Assembly (NCBI GenBank): GCA_964537135.1 | Contig: CAZHZC010000006.1 | Coordinates: 6,669-70,668 of the forward strand | DNA length: 64,000 nucleotides | Direction: 5' to 3' | Origin: an uncultured Rikenella sp. | Lineage (GTDB): Bacteria; Bacteroidota; Bacteroidia; Bacteroidales; VadinHA17 | In this document: positions 47,843 through 55,987 of the stretch, piece by piece | Layout of the letters: every line of letters starts with the position of its first letter | Numbering within the stretch: position 1 is the stretch's first letter | Notes under the pieces: model-generated | Database searches by the model: none | The model's input: only the letters and a program-made list of their open reading frames with translations | What the model was told of the DNA's origin: nothing | Program-made: the position numbers and the translations under genes

Positions 47843-47875
47843 GGGAGCAGCTGAAAGAGATGCTCCCTTTTTTTT
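47843..47875 (+). terminator. Rho-independent terminator after the tRNA-Leu pair
   Basis: Stem gggagca (47843..47849) / tgctccc (47861..47867), followed by an 8-nt T-run. Confidence 0.65.
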
Positions 47876-48088
47876 ATCACTTGACTTTTGTCAGTAAATC
47901 GAAGAGGGCAGTAACCTATTTTTAAGCTGTTTTACGGGTGAGAGCTGGAAAAGAGTGCCTGACTGCCCGGGGGCAATACCTTCTTTTGCAGCGTTGCTGA
48001 TAATCAATAACTAAGAGAATGTTTGAAGTGGTCATGAGAGAGGGTGAGCTGATGCAGAGGGATATGAAAATAAATACCTATTGCTGCC

Positions 48089-48529
48089 ATGATTAGAGAT
48101 CACCTGGCCGAAGCCTCTGAGATGTTCAGCTCAGGCTTTAACTGTGCTCAGGCTGTGGCACTCCCTTTCTGTGAAGAGTATGGTGCTGACCGTGCCACCC
48201 TGCTGAAGGTCACTGCCGCCTTTGGCGGTGGTTATGGCGGAAGCGGAAGGACCTGTGGTGCGGTGACGGGCGGCCTTATGGTGATTGGCGCCAGGTATGG
48301 CTCCCTTCACCCTGCAGACCACACCTTAAAAAATATAATAGCCGAAAAGAGCCTCGCGCTTATTGAGTGCTTCACCCGGGCACACGGCACCCTGATGTGC
48401 AGTGAGCTGACAGCACCGGCGAGGCGGCAGGGGAGCGATTCCGGCAGTACATTCACTGCCGTGGAGATGATCAGACTCTGTCCCCGGTTCCTGGAGACGG
48501 TCATAATTTTCCTTGAAGAGGAGCTGTAA
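48089..48529 (+). CDS. C_GCAxxG_C_C family (putative redox-active) protein
   Basis: 146 aa with FNCAQAV, TCGAVTG, LMCSEL and RLCPRF, which is the family's Cys pattern. First gene of the aldehyde oxidoreductase operon. Confidence 0.8.
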   Translation: MIRDHLAEASEMFSSGFNCAQAVALPFCEEYGADRATLLKVTAAFGGGYGGSGRTCGAVTGGLMVIGARYGSLHPADHTLKNIIAEKSLALIECFTRAHGTLMCSELTAPARRQGSDSGSTFTAVEMIRLCPRFLETVIIFLEEEL

Positions 48530-48568
48530 CTAAAAAATGCAATAAACAATCAAATCAGGAGGATCAAT

Positions 48569-51490
48569 ATGAGACTGAGAAAAATGTGGCTTAATATCAA
48601 CGGTGTCAACAGGATGTTCATGTGCAACCCTGAGAAGGACTCCCTTGCTGATGTCATTCGGCGTATGGGACTTACCGGTACCAAGGTGGGTTGTAATACC
48701 GGGGTCTGCGGCTCCTGCTCGCTGATACTGAATAATAAACTTGTTCGCGCTTGCACCAGGAAGATCAGGAATGTGGAGGAGTACAGCAGCGTGGTAACCA
48801 TTGAAGGCATCGGGACGCCGACCAACCCGCATCCGCTGCAGGTGGCATGGATGAATGCCGGGGCGGTGCAGTGCGGATTCTGTACTCCGGGGTTCATCGT
48901 CTCATCCTATGCCCTGCTGCTTGAAAACAACAAACCTACCCGTGAGGAGGTGCGTGACTGGTTCCACAAGCACAAGAACGTATGCCGCTGTACCGGTTAT
49001 GTGCAGATAGTTGATGCTGTCATGCTGGCGGCTGAGGTGATGAGAGGCGAAAAGAGTATAGAGGATATAAGTTTTAAGGATCCTGCTGATGGTGAGTATT
49101 ATGGTAAACCGGTGGTCAGGCCGACCGCCCTGGCCAAGGTGTGCGGGCTGGCTGACTATGGTGATGACCAGGAGCTTAAGATGCCTGCCGAGACACTCAA
49201 GGTGGCCCTTGTACAGCCGCGGGTGGCGCACCATGCAAAAATCCTCTCCATAGATACCTCTGAGGCAGAAAAGATGCCGGGCGTATATAAGATTGTCACT
49301 GCACAGGATATCAAGGCTGCCGGCGGCACCAACCTGATGGCTGAAGGTCACTTCCATGAGCGCACAACCCTGGTGGTGCCTACCAGGCATGTGCTGGCTG
49401 AAGATAAGATCTTCCGGTATGGTGATGTGGTGGCCCTGGTATGTGCCGATACCAGGGAGCATGCCCGTGAGGCAGCTGAAAAGGTGAAGGTGGAGATAGA
49501 AAAACTGCCTGAATACCTTAACTATCTTGATGCCGTGATGCCCGATGCCATGCGTATCCATCACGATACCCCCAACCTCTTCGCCATGCAGCCGGTACTT
49601 AAGGGAGAGGGACTTGATGATCCGGCAAAGGTGGCTGAGATAATAGAGAGCTCACCATACAGTGTGGAGGGAAGCTTCTATTCAAGCAGGGAGCCTCACC
49701 TCTCAATAGAGGGTGATACCATACAGGTCTACTACGATGAAGATGACATGCTTACCATACAGTGTAAGTCGCAGGGGGTCTACTCCTCAATAGGACGAAT
49801 AGGTAACTCGGTAGGGGTGCCCAAGAGCAGGATCAGGGTGGTGATGAACCCCACCGGCGCCAGCTTCGGATGGTCAACCAATGCCGGTAACCTCTGCCTG
49901 GCTGCTGCCGCCGCCGTGGTGACCGGCAGGCCGGTGGCTCTCTCTATGAGCTATGAAGAGCACCAGCACTTCTCAGGCAAGAGAAGACCCAGCTACTCTA
50001 ATGGCAGGGCAGCATGTGACAGTAATGGTAAGATCACTGCGGTGGAGTTTGACTACGGGCTTGACCAGGGTGCCTACACCTTCGGTGGAGATGATATTAT
50101 CACCAAGCCGGCCCGCTTCTCATTCTTCCCCTATAGCATACCCAATGTGGCCGGCCTCTCGCGTATAGCTATCACCAACCATAACTTCGGAACAGCATAT
50201 CGCAGCTACGGCTCACCACAGGCATACACCCTGAGTGAAGCGCTGGTGGATATGCTGGCTGAGAAGGCAGGTATTGACCCGTTTGAGTTCCGCTGGCGGA
50301 ATATAGCACGTGAGGGTGAGACAAATATCAACAGCAGACCCTTCCGCCTCTATCCGATGGAAGAGATGATGAAGACCATGAAGCCGCACTATGAGCAGGC
50401 GGTGAGAGAGGCAAAAGAGAAGAGCACACCCGAAAAACGTCGGGGCGTCGGACTTGCATGGGGTGGGTTTAATGTCTCGGAAGGACCGACAGACCATGCT
50501 ACCGTACGGCTGCAGCTCAATTCTGACGGCACCATAACCAAGTATGACACCTGGCAGGAGCTGGGACAGGGCGGCGACATAGGGTCACTCATGGTTACCC
50601 TCGAGGCCCTGAAGCCACTGAAGATAAAACCTGATCAGGTCAAACTGATACAGAGTGATACAAAAATATGCCCCGACAGCGGAATGTCAGCCGGCAGCCG
50701 GTCTCACTACATGAACGGCAATGCAACAATCGTTGCTGCCAGAAAGCTGATGGATGCCATGCGCAGGGAGGATGGTTCATACCGTACCTATGATGAGATG
50801 GTTAAAGAGAATATACCTACTGTCTATGAGGGTAAATTCAGCAATGTGGCTACACCCGGACTGACACGTCTCGATCCCAATACCGGTATAGGAGACCCGA
50901 CACCAGCCTTTACCTATGCTCTTAACCTGGCTGAGGTGGAGGTAGATATCAACAGCGGCAAGACCACGGTGGTGAGGTTTGTATGTGTGGCTGACGTTGG
51001 CAAGGTGGGTAATATCGATTCGGTGAACGGACAGGCCTTTGGCGGAATATCACACAGCATCGGGTTTGCACTCTCTGAGAACTATGATGATGTAAAAAAA
51101 CATACCAACATAGCCAGCAGCGGAGTACCCTATATAAAGGATATCCCTGATGAGGTGATACTACACTACAATGAGAGCCGTGACCTGCACGGTCCCTTCG
51201 GCTCTTCCGGCGCATCAGAGGCATTCCAGTCGTCAGGACATATGGCGGTGCTCAATGCCATCAACAATGCTACAGGCGTGAGGGTGCATGAGCTGCCGGC
51301 CACAAAGGAGAAGGTGAAGGAGGGTATTGAGAGACTCGCCAGAGGTGAGAAGCCCTATGCTCCCGGCAAATATTTCCTCGGCTCAGACCTCTATGATGAG
51401 CTGGAGAATATGAAAGCCAATCCGGTACCCTATGGCGGTGACGACTTTTTCAAGCCAATGGGGTCAGACGGCGCTGAGAAGTTCTTCTGA
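48569..51490 (+). CDS. Molybdopterin-dependent aldehyde oxidoreductase (Mop type: two [2Fe-2S] domains + Moco domains, no FAD domain)
   Basis: 973 aa. The N-terminus aligns by eye to Desulfovibrio gigas MOP (GLTGTKVGCNTGVCGSCSLIL...CGFCTPG...CRCTGY). AGGAGG lies 7 nt upstream of ATG 48569. ATG 48584 is an alternative start. Confidence 0.9.
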   Translation: MRLRKMWLNINGVNRMFMCNPEKDSLADVIRRMGLTGTKVGCNTGVCGSCSLILNNKLVRACTRKIRNVEEYSSVVTIEGIGTPTNPHPLQVAWMNAGAVQCGFCTPGFIVSSYALLLENNKPTREEVRDWFHKHKNVCRCTGYVQIVDAVMLAAEVMRGEKSIEDISFKDPADGEYYGKPVVRPTALAKVCGLADYGDDQELKMPAETLKVALVQPRVAHHAKILSIDTSEAEKMPGVYKIVTAQDIKAAGGTNLMAEGHFHERTTLVVPTRHVLAEDKIFRYGDVVALVCADTREHAREAAEKVKVEIEKLPEYLNYLDAVMPDAMRIHHDTPNLFAMQPVLKGEGLDDPAKVAEIIESSPYSVEGSFYSSREPHLSIEGDTIQVYYDEDDMLTIQCKSQGVYSSIGRIGNSVGVPKSRIRVVMNPTGASFGWSTNAGNLCLAAAAAVVTGRPVALSMSYEEHQHFSGKRRPSYSNGRAACDSNGKITAVEFDYGLDQGAYTFGGDDIITKPARFSFFPYSIPNVAGLSRIAITNHNFGTAYRSYGSPQAYTLSEALVDMLAEKAGIDPFEFRWRNIAREGETNINSRPFRLYPMEEMMKTMKPHYEQAVREAKEKSTPEKRRGVGLAWGGFNVSEGPTDHATVRLQLNSDGTITKYDTWQELGQGGDIGSLMVTLEALKPLKIKPDQVKLIQSDTKICPDSGMSAGSRSHYMNGNATIVAARKLMDAMRREDGSYRTYDEMVKENIPTVYEGKFSNVATPGLTRLDPNTGIGDPTPAFTYALNLAEVEVDINSGKTTVVRFVCVADVGKVGNIDSVNGQAFGGISHSIGFALSENYDDVKKHTNIASSGVPYIKDIPDEVILHYNESRDLHGPFGSSGASEAFQSSGHMAVLNAINNATGVRVHELPATKEKVKEGIERLARGEKPYAPGKYFLGSDLYDELENMKANPVPYGGDDFFKPMGSDGAEKFF

Positions 51491-51498
51491 TCATACCT

Positions 51499-53736
51499 AT
51501 GGCTTACCTGCATCCGCTGGTTAAAGAGTGTATACAGTATGAACGGGCATTTTGTACTGCAAGATGCCCGTTCGGCCTTGATGTGCGTGACTTTGTCATG
51601 AAGATCACGCAGGGCCGTTTTAATGCTGCCTACAAGACCTACCAGTACAGCGTGGGCTTCCCCGGTATAGTCTCACGGTTATGTGATGAGCCGTGCCGCC
51701 TGGTGTGCCCGATGCATGAGCATGGAGGTGCTATCGCAATGCAGAGGCTCGAGCAGGCTGTGATGCAGCATGCCAGGTCACAGATGCCTGACCAGTACAA
51801 CATGCCCCCCAAGGAGGGCAGGATAGCTGTTGTGGGAGGAGGGATCAGCGGACTGGCCTGTGCGCTGAGGCTCGCCACCAGAAAGTACCAGGTGACGGTG
51901 TATGAGCGCAGTGACCGCGTGGGAGGGCACCTGCATCAGCTCATGCCCTCCGGGCTCCTGATGGCTGACATTGAGATGCAGTTTGCACATGAGAACTATG
52001 AGCTGCTGGCTGATAACAACATAACAGACCTGCAGTCGCTGAACCATGATGCTCTCTATGTGGCCACCGGGAAGGGTGGTGACCGGTTCGGACTTGAGAA
52101 GAGCGATGAGGGACCGTTCGCTACCAACCGTAAAGGGGTCTTTATGGGAGGGTCACTGACCGGCGCCGGCACCATGAAGGCTATTGCTGACGGACTGGCT
52201 GTGGCCGGAGTGATTGAGGCGTACCTCAAGACAGGAAGCATGACCCACGAGGCAGGCCCGGGAGAGGAGACAAAGCTACGCCGTGAGGTGATAAGGGTGG
52301 TGGCTGCCGATGAAGTATGGCCGGGAGATAACGGTATATATACGCGTGAGGAGGCACGCGCCGAGGCCGGGCGATGCCTCAGGTGCAGCTGTGATGCGTG
52401 CGTGCACTACTCACCATTGCTGGCATATTACAGCAAGTTTCCAAGGAGACTGACTGAAGAGGTGGAGGTGACAATAACACCCAGCTCACTCGACGGGGAG
52501 GCTACACTGGTAACCAGGCTGATATCGTCATGCAACCACTGCGGGCTGTGCAGGGAGGTGTGCCCCGTGGATATTGATACGGGTGCGTTCCTGCTGGAGA
52601 GCCACTACACCATGCGCGAGAAGGGTAAGATGCCATGGGCATTCCACCATTTTTATCTGCGTGATATGGCGTTTGCCAACAGCGAGGCGGCAGTGGCAAA
52701 AATGCCGGCAGGAAGCTCTTCAGCCCGTTACATGTTTTTTCCGGGCTGTCAGCTGGGTGCCTCCGACCCTGAGCTGGTACGACAGAGCTACAACATGCTC
52801 CTGGTCCATTACCCTGAGACAGCACTGCTGGCACACTGCTGCGGCGCCCCGGCAGACTGGGCCGGCGAGAGGGAGATACATCAGCAAACCATCACCTCTG
52901 TCAGAAACGAATGGGTGAGGATGGGAAAACCGGAGGTGCTCCTCGCATGCCCCATGTGCCGGCAGATGTTTCAGAGACACCTGCCCGAGATACCTGCACG
53001 GTTCATCTATACGCTGCCGGGCGTTAAGGGAGCGGTACCTGCTCTGGTCAACAACGTGGCAGCATCGGTCTTTGACCCTTGTGCGGCCAGAGATGAGCCA
53101 CAGCTGCAGGAGAGAGTGAGAGAGATAGCCAGAGAGGCGGGGTTTGACCTGAGACCGCTGCCGATGGAGGGGAAGATGGCTGAGTGCTGCAGCTATGGCG
53201 GCCAGGTGGCAGTGGCAAACCCCGGGTATGCCGGGCAGTCAGTAAAAAAGAGGATTGAGCAGAATGATCTGCCATATATAACCTACTGTTCAAACTGCAG
53301 GGATATATTTGCCAGGGCAGGAAAGAGAACATGGCATATACTGGAGCTGATACTGGGAACAGAGACACAGCGGCAGCCGACACAATCTGACAGGAGACGC
53401 AACAGGCTGCGGCTGAAGGAGAGCATGACAGAAGATAATCGTACTGAAGAGGAGAGAACCATGAAGAAGGAAGAGGAAAAGGAAAAGGGAGAACTGATCA
53501 TTTCAGATCAGCTGCGTGAGAAGCTTGACAGGGAGCTGATCCTGGAGCAGGATGTGATTGAGGTGATAAGAGCCTGTGAAGAGAGTGGCAATAAGTTGTA
53601 TGACCCGGCAAATGACAGTTTTACAGGACATCAGATGGTCGGGGAGATGACATGCTGGGTGGTCTACAGGGACAGGGATGATGGCCGACGGGAGCTGGTT
53701 AACAGCTACTGCCACCGAATGAAGATTGAGGAGTAG
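51499..53736 (+). CDS. Multidomain flavo-FeS protein: GltD-like N-terminus, FAD/NAD(P) Rossmann, 4Fe-4S dicluster, two CCG (HdrB/GlpC-like) Cys-rich domains, extra C-terminal domain
   Basis: 745 aa with VVGGGISGLACALRLA, CNHCGLCREVCP, FFPGCQLG...CCGAP and DPCAARD...ECCSYGG. Lies 8 nt after the oxidoreductase gene. Confidence 0.8.
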   Translation: MAYLHPLVKECIQYERAFCTARCPFGLDVRDFVMKITQGRFNAAYKTYQYSVGFPGIVSRLCDEPCRLVCPMHEHGGAIAMQRLEQAVMQHARSQMPDQYNMPPKEGRIAVVGGGISGLACALRLATRKYQVTVYERSDRVGGHLHQLMPSGLLMADIEMQFAHENYELLADNNITDLQSLNHDALYVATGKGGDRFGLEKSDEGPFATNRKGVFMGGSLTGAGTMKAIADGLAVAGVIEAYLKTGSMTHEAGPGEETKLRREVIRVVAADEVWPGDNGIYTREEARAEAGRCLRCSCDACVHYSPLLAYYSKFPRRLTEEVEVTITPSSLDGEATLVTRLISSCNHCGLCREVCPVDIDTGAFLLESHYTMREKGKMPWAFHHFYLRDMAFANSEAAVAKMPAGSSSARYMFFPGCQLGASDPELVRQSYNMLLVHYPETALLAHCCGAPADWAGEREIHQQTITSVRNEWVRMGKPEVLLACPMCRQMFQRHLPEIPARFIYTLPGVKGAVPALVNNVAASVFDPCAARDEPQLQERVREIAREAGFDLRPLPMEGKMAECCSYGGQVAVANPGYAGQSVKKRIEQNDLPYITYCSNCRDIFARAGKRTWHILELILGTETQRQPTQSDRRRNRLRLKESMTEDNRTEEERTMKKEEEKEKGELIISDQLREKLDRELILEQDVIEVIRACEESGNKLYDPANDSFTGHQMVGEMTCWVVYRDRDDGRRELVNSYCHRMKIEE

Positions 53737-53740
53737 TGCC

Positions 53741-53935
53741 ATGGAGGAGAAGAGGGTACTTATTTGCCATAAATGCAACAGGGAGCTGGAGATGAGACGG
53801 ACAGACTTCACATACCTGGGACATACATTCCATACAGACCTGCCACGCTGTCCGGAGTGCGGAATGGTCTATATCTCTGAAGAGCTGGTGAAAGGGCGTA
53901 TTTCAGATGTGGAGACACAGCTCGAAGATAAATAG
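53741..53935 (+). CDS. Small zinc-ribbon protein (YgiT-like CxxC...CxxC)
   Basis: 64 aa from ATG 53741: MEEKRVLICHKCNRELEMRRTDFTYLGHTFHTDLPRCPECGMVYISEE. GAGGAG upstream. 4 nt after the previous stop and 1 nt before the radical SAM start. Confidence 0.65.
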   Translation: MEEKRVLICHKCNRELEMRRTDFTYLGHTFHTDLPRCPECGMVYISEELVKGRISDVETQLEDK

Positions 53936-53936
53936 T

Positions 53937-55364
53937 ATGGATCACCGTGAAACTATTGCCTCCACCTGGAGCCTCTGTCCGGTATGCCTGAAGAGAGTGC
54001 CGGCTGAGAGGGTCAGACAGGGGAGGATGATCTTCCTTGAGAAGGAGTGTCCGGAGCATGGAGCCTTCAGTACCGTTATCTGGCGTGGCTACTATGACTT
54101 TGCACGGCGCGCTGCCAGCAGCGGTGAGCTCTTCACCGCCGAGCCGGAGTGTCCCGACAGGTGCGGGCTGTGTGATGACCATCAGCAGAAGACATGCTGC
54201 ACACTGCTCAATGTGACCGATAACTGTAACCTGGGATGCCTCTTCTGCCTGGCTGACCAGAGAAATGGCTCCACAGACCCGCCGCTGGAGAGAGTGAAGG
54301 AGTCACTTGAGAGACTGGTGGTAAAGGGCAGGACACTGGTACAGCTCAGCGGAGGAGAGCCTGCCACGCGTGATGACCTGCCCGACATCGTGGCGGCAGC
54401 ACGTAAGGCAGGAGCCAGGTACGTACAGCTCAACAGTAACGGGATCAGGCTGGGAGAGGAGCCTGACTACGTTAAGAGACTGGCTGATGCCGGACTCTCA
54501 TTCCTGTTTTTACAATATGACGGTACCGATGATCAGATAAACCTTAAGCTGAGGGGAAGAAGCCTGATAGAGATTAAGCAGCAGGCCATCAGCAACTGTG
54601 CTGACCATGGTATCGGTGTGACACTGGTACAGACACTGGTGAGGGGTGTCAACCTCAACAATATAGGTGAGCTGATACGCTATGCCGTGACAGCGTCACC
54701 GGCAGTGCGGGGGATACACTTTCAGCCGGTGAGCTATTTCGGCAGGATACCCGCCATGCCGGATGACAATGACCGTATAACAATGGATGAGCTCCTCTGT
54801 GAGATTGAACGGCAGACCGGCGGAATGGTCGGCGCCGACTATCTGAGACCATCATGCTGTGACCACCCGCTCTGTAAATTTCATGGTGACTTTGTGGTTA
54901 CACCTGACAATAACCTTATGCCGCTGCACAAGGAGCCGGCAGCGGGAATCGCGTCGTGTGCAGTGCAGCCCCCCGGGGCGCTCTCCTTTGCGGAGCCGGC
55001 CCCCGGAAAGCACCCCTCGGCTGATCCTGCTTCCGGAAACACCTCATGTGCGGAGCCTGCCGCCACTGCTGACATGGATAATAGGCGGCTGCAGGTAGCA
55101 GCCGACCGTAACAGGGAGTTTATCGGGAGGCGCTGGAGCAGGCCGCAGGGAGCGGCAGAGGCAGTGCCGCCGTCAGGTGATATGCACGATATGGACTACT
55201 TCCTCTGGAGAGCAAAGAACTATGGTTTTACCATCACCTCAATGATGTTCCAGGATGCCGGAAACATTGACCTTGACCGGCTGAGAAAGTGTGGATTCCA
55301 TGTGTGGGACAACGGCAGGCTTATCCCTTTCTGTGCCAACTATCTTACCCCGTGGCAGCGATGA
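53937..55364 (+). CDS. Atypical radical SAM enzyme with N-terminal zinc ribbon and additional Cys motifs
   Basis: 475 aa from ATG 53937. C14xxC17...C38xxH41. C72x3C76x2C79 plus C87C88. Canonical C97x3C101x2C104 (CNLGCLFC). Downstream SCCDHPLCKFHG. Low-complexity A/P/S/G insert near the C-terminus. Confidence 0.85.
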   Translation: MDHRETIASTWSLCPVCLKRVPAERVRQGRMIFLEKECPEHGAFSTVIWRGYYDFARRAASSGELFTAEPECPDRCGLCDDHQQKTCCTLLNVTDNCNLGCLFCLADQRNGSTDPPLERVKESLERLVVKGRTLVQLSGGEPATRDDLPDIVAAARKAGARYVQLNSNGIRLGEEPDYVKRLADAGLSFLFLQYDGTDDQINLKLRGRSLIEIKQQAISNCADHGIGVTLVQTLVRGVNLNNIGELIRYAVTASPAVRGIHFQPVSYFGRIPAMPDDNDRITMDELLCEIERQTGGMVGADYLRPSCCDHPLCKFHGDFVVTPDNNLMPLHKEPAAGIASCAVQPPGALSFAEPAPGKHPSADPASGNTSCAEPAATADMDNRRLQVAADRNREFIGRRWSRPQGAAEAVPPSGDMHDMDYFLWRAKNYGFTITSMMFQDAGNIDLDRLRKCGFHVWDNGRLIPFCANYLTPWQR

Positions 55365-55987
55365 GTGGGAACGGTGATACCGCGGTGAGAAGGCCTGGAG
55401 GGTTCATTATCACTGACAGGGCATTGACTTTCTGCGGGCTGCCGGAGGGTGCTGCTGTACTTGACATAGGATGCGGCTCGGGAGCTACCGTGATGCACAT
55501 GAGAAGCCATTATGGCTACACCGCCTGGGGGATCGACAAAAGGGGCGGGAACGGTAGCAGCTACCTGAGAGAGGGGCAGGGTGAGAGGATACCCTGGCCA
55601 GACAACTCATTCGACGCCGTAATGATGGAGTGCAGCTTTACACTGATGGATGACCAGTGCGCAGTGCTGAAGGAGTGCCTGAGGGTGCTTGTGCATGGCG
55701 GCAGGCTGATCATCTCCACCATCTATGCGTTGGGTGAGCCGGCAATACTGCCAGAGAGCATAGGACGGATAGAGAGTCGTGAAAACCTTCTCCGTAAGAT
55801 AGAGCAGCACCGGTTTAAGACTATCCTCTTTGAAGAGTATACACCCCACCTGAAAACCATGTGGGGGCAGATGATAATGGAGCGGGGGGCCGGGGCGCTC
55901 TATCAGACCCTCGGCGCAGACTATGATGAGATGAGACGTATCAGGTGCGGATACTGCCTGATCATTGCAACAAAGGAGGATCAGTGA
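55361..55987 (+). CDS. Class I SAM-dependent methyltransferase
   Basis: 208 aa from ATG 55361 (ATGA overlap with the radical SAM stop). Motif I VLDIGCGSGATV. The post-I acidic residue is not confirmed by eye. Confidence 0.8.
   Translation: MSGNGDTAVRRPGGFIITDRALTFCGLPEGAAVLDIGCGSGATVMHMRSHYGYTAWGIDKRGGNGSSYLREGQGERIPWPDNSFDAVMMECSFTLMDDQCAVLKECLRVLVHGGRLIISTIYALGEPAILPESIGRIESRENLLRKIEQHRFKTILFEEYTPHLKTMWGQMIMERGAGALYQTLGADYDEMRRIRCGYCLIIATKEDQ

Noticed and set aside
47584-47880. Integrated mobile element at the tRNA-Leu genes
   Set aside because: There is no integrase, transposase or excisionase, and no duplicated tRNA 3' segment found by eye. Only the weaker island hypothesis is retained as a finding.
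47876-48088. Possible Moco riboswitch upstream of the oxidoreductase operon
   Set aside because: No recognisable Moco-motif conserved stretches were seen by eye. It is left as a check under the leader finding.
53937-55364. Radical SAM gene as MoaA (Moco biosynthesis)
   Set aside because: MoaA is about 330 aa with the CX3CX2C box near residue 20-30 and a C-terminal CX2CX13C cluster. This protein is 475 aa with a Zn-ribbon N-terminus, the rSAM box at residue 97-104 and different extra Cys motifs.
53937-55364. Selenocysteine recoding in the radical SAM gene
   Set aside because: The ORF is continuous with no in-frame TGA. The Cys-Cys positions are encoded by TGC/TGT.
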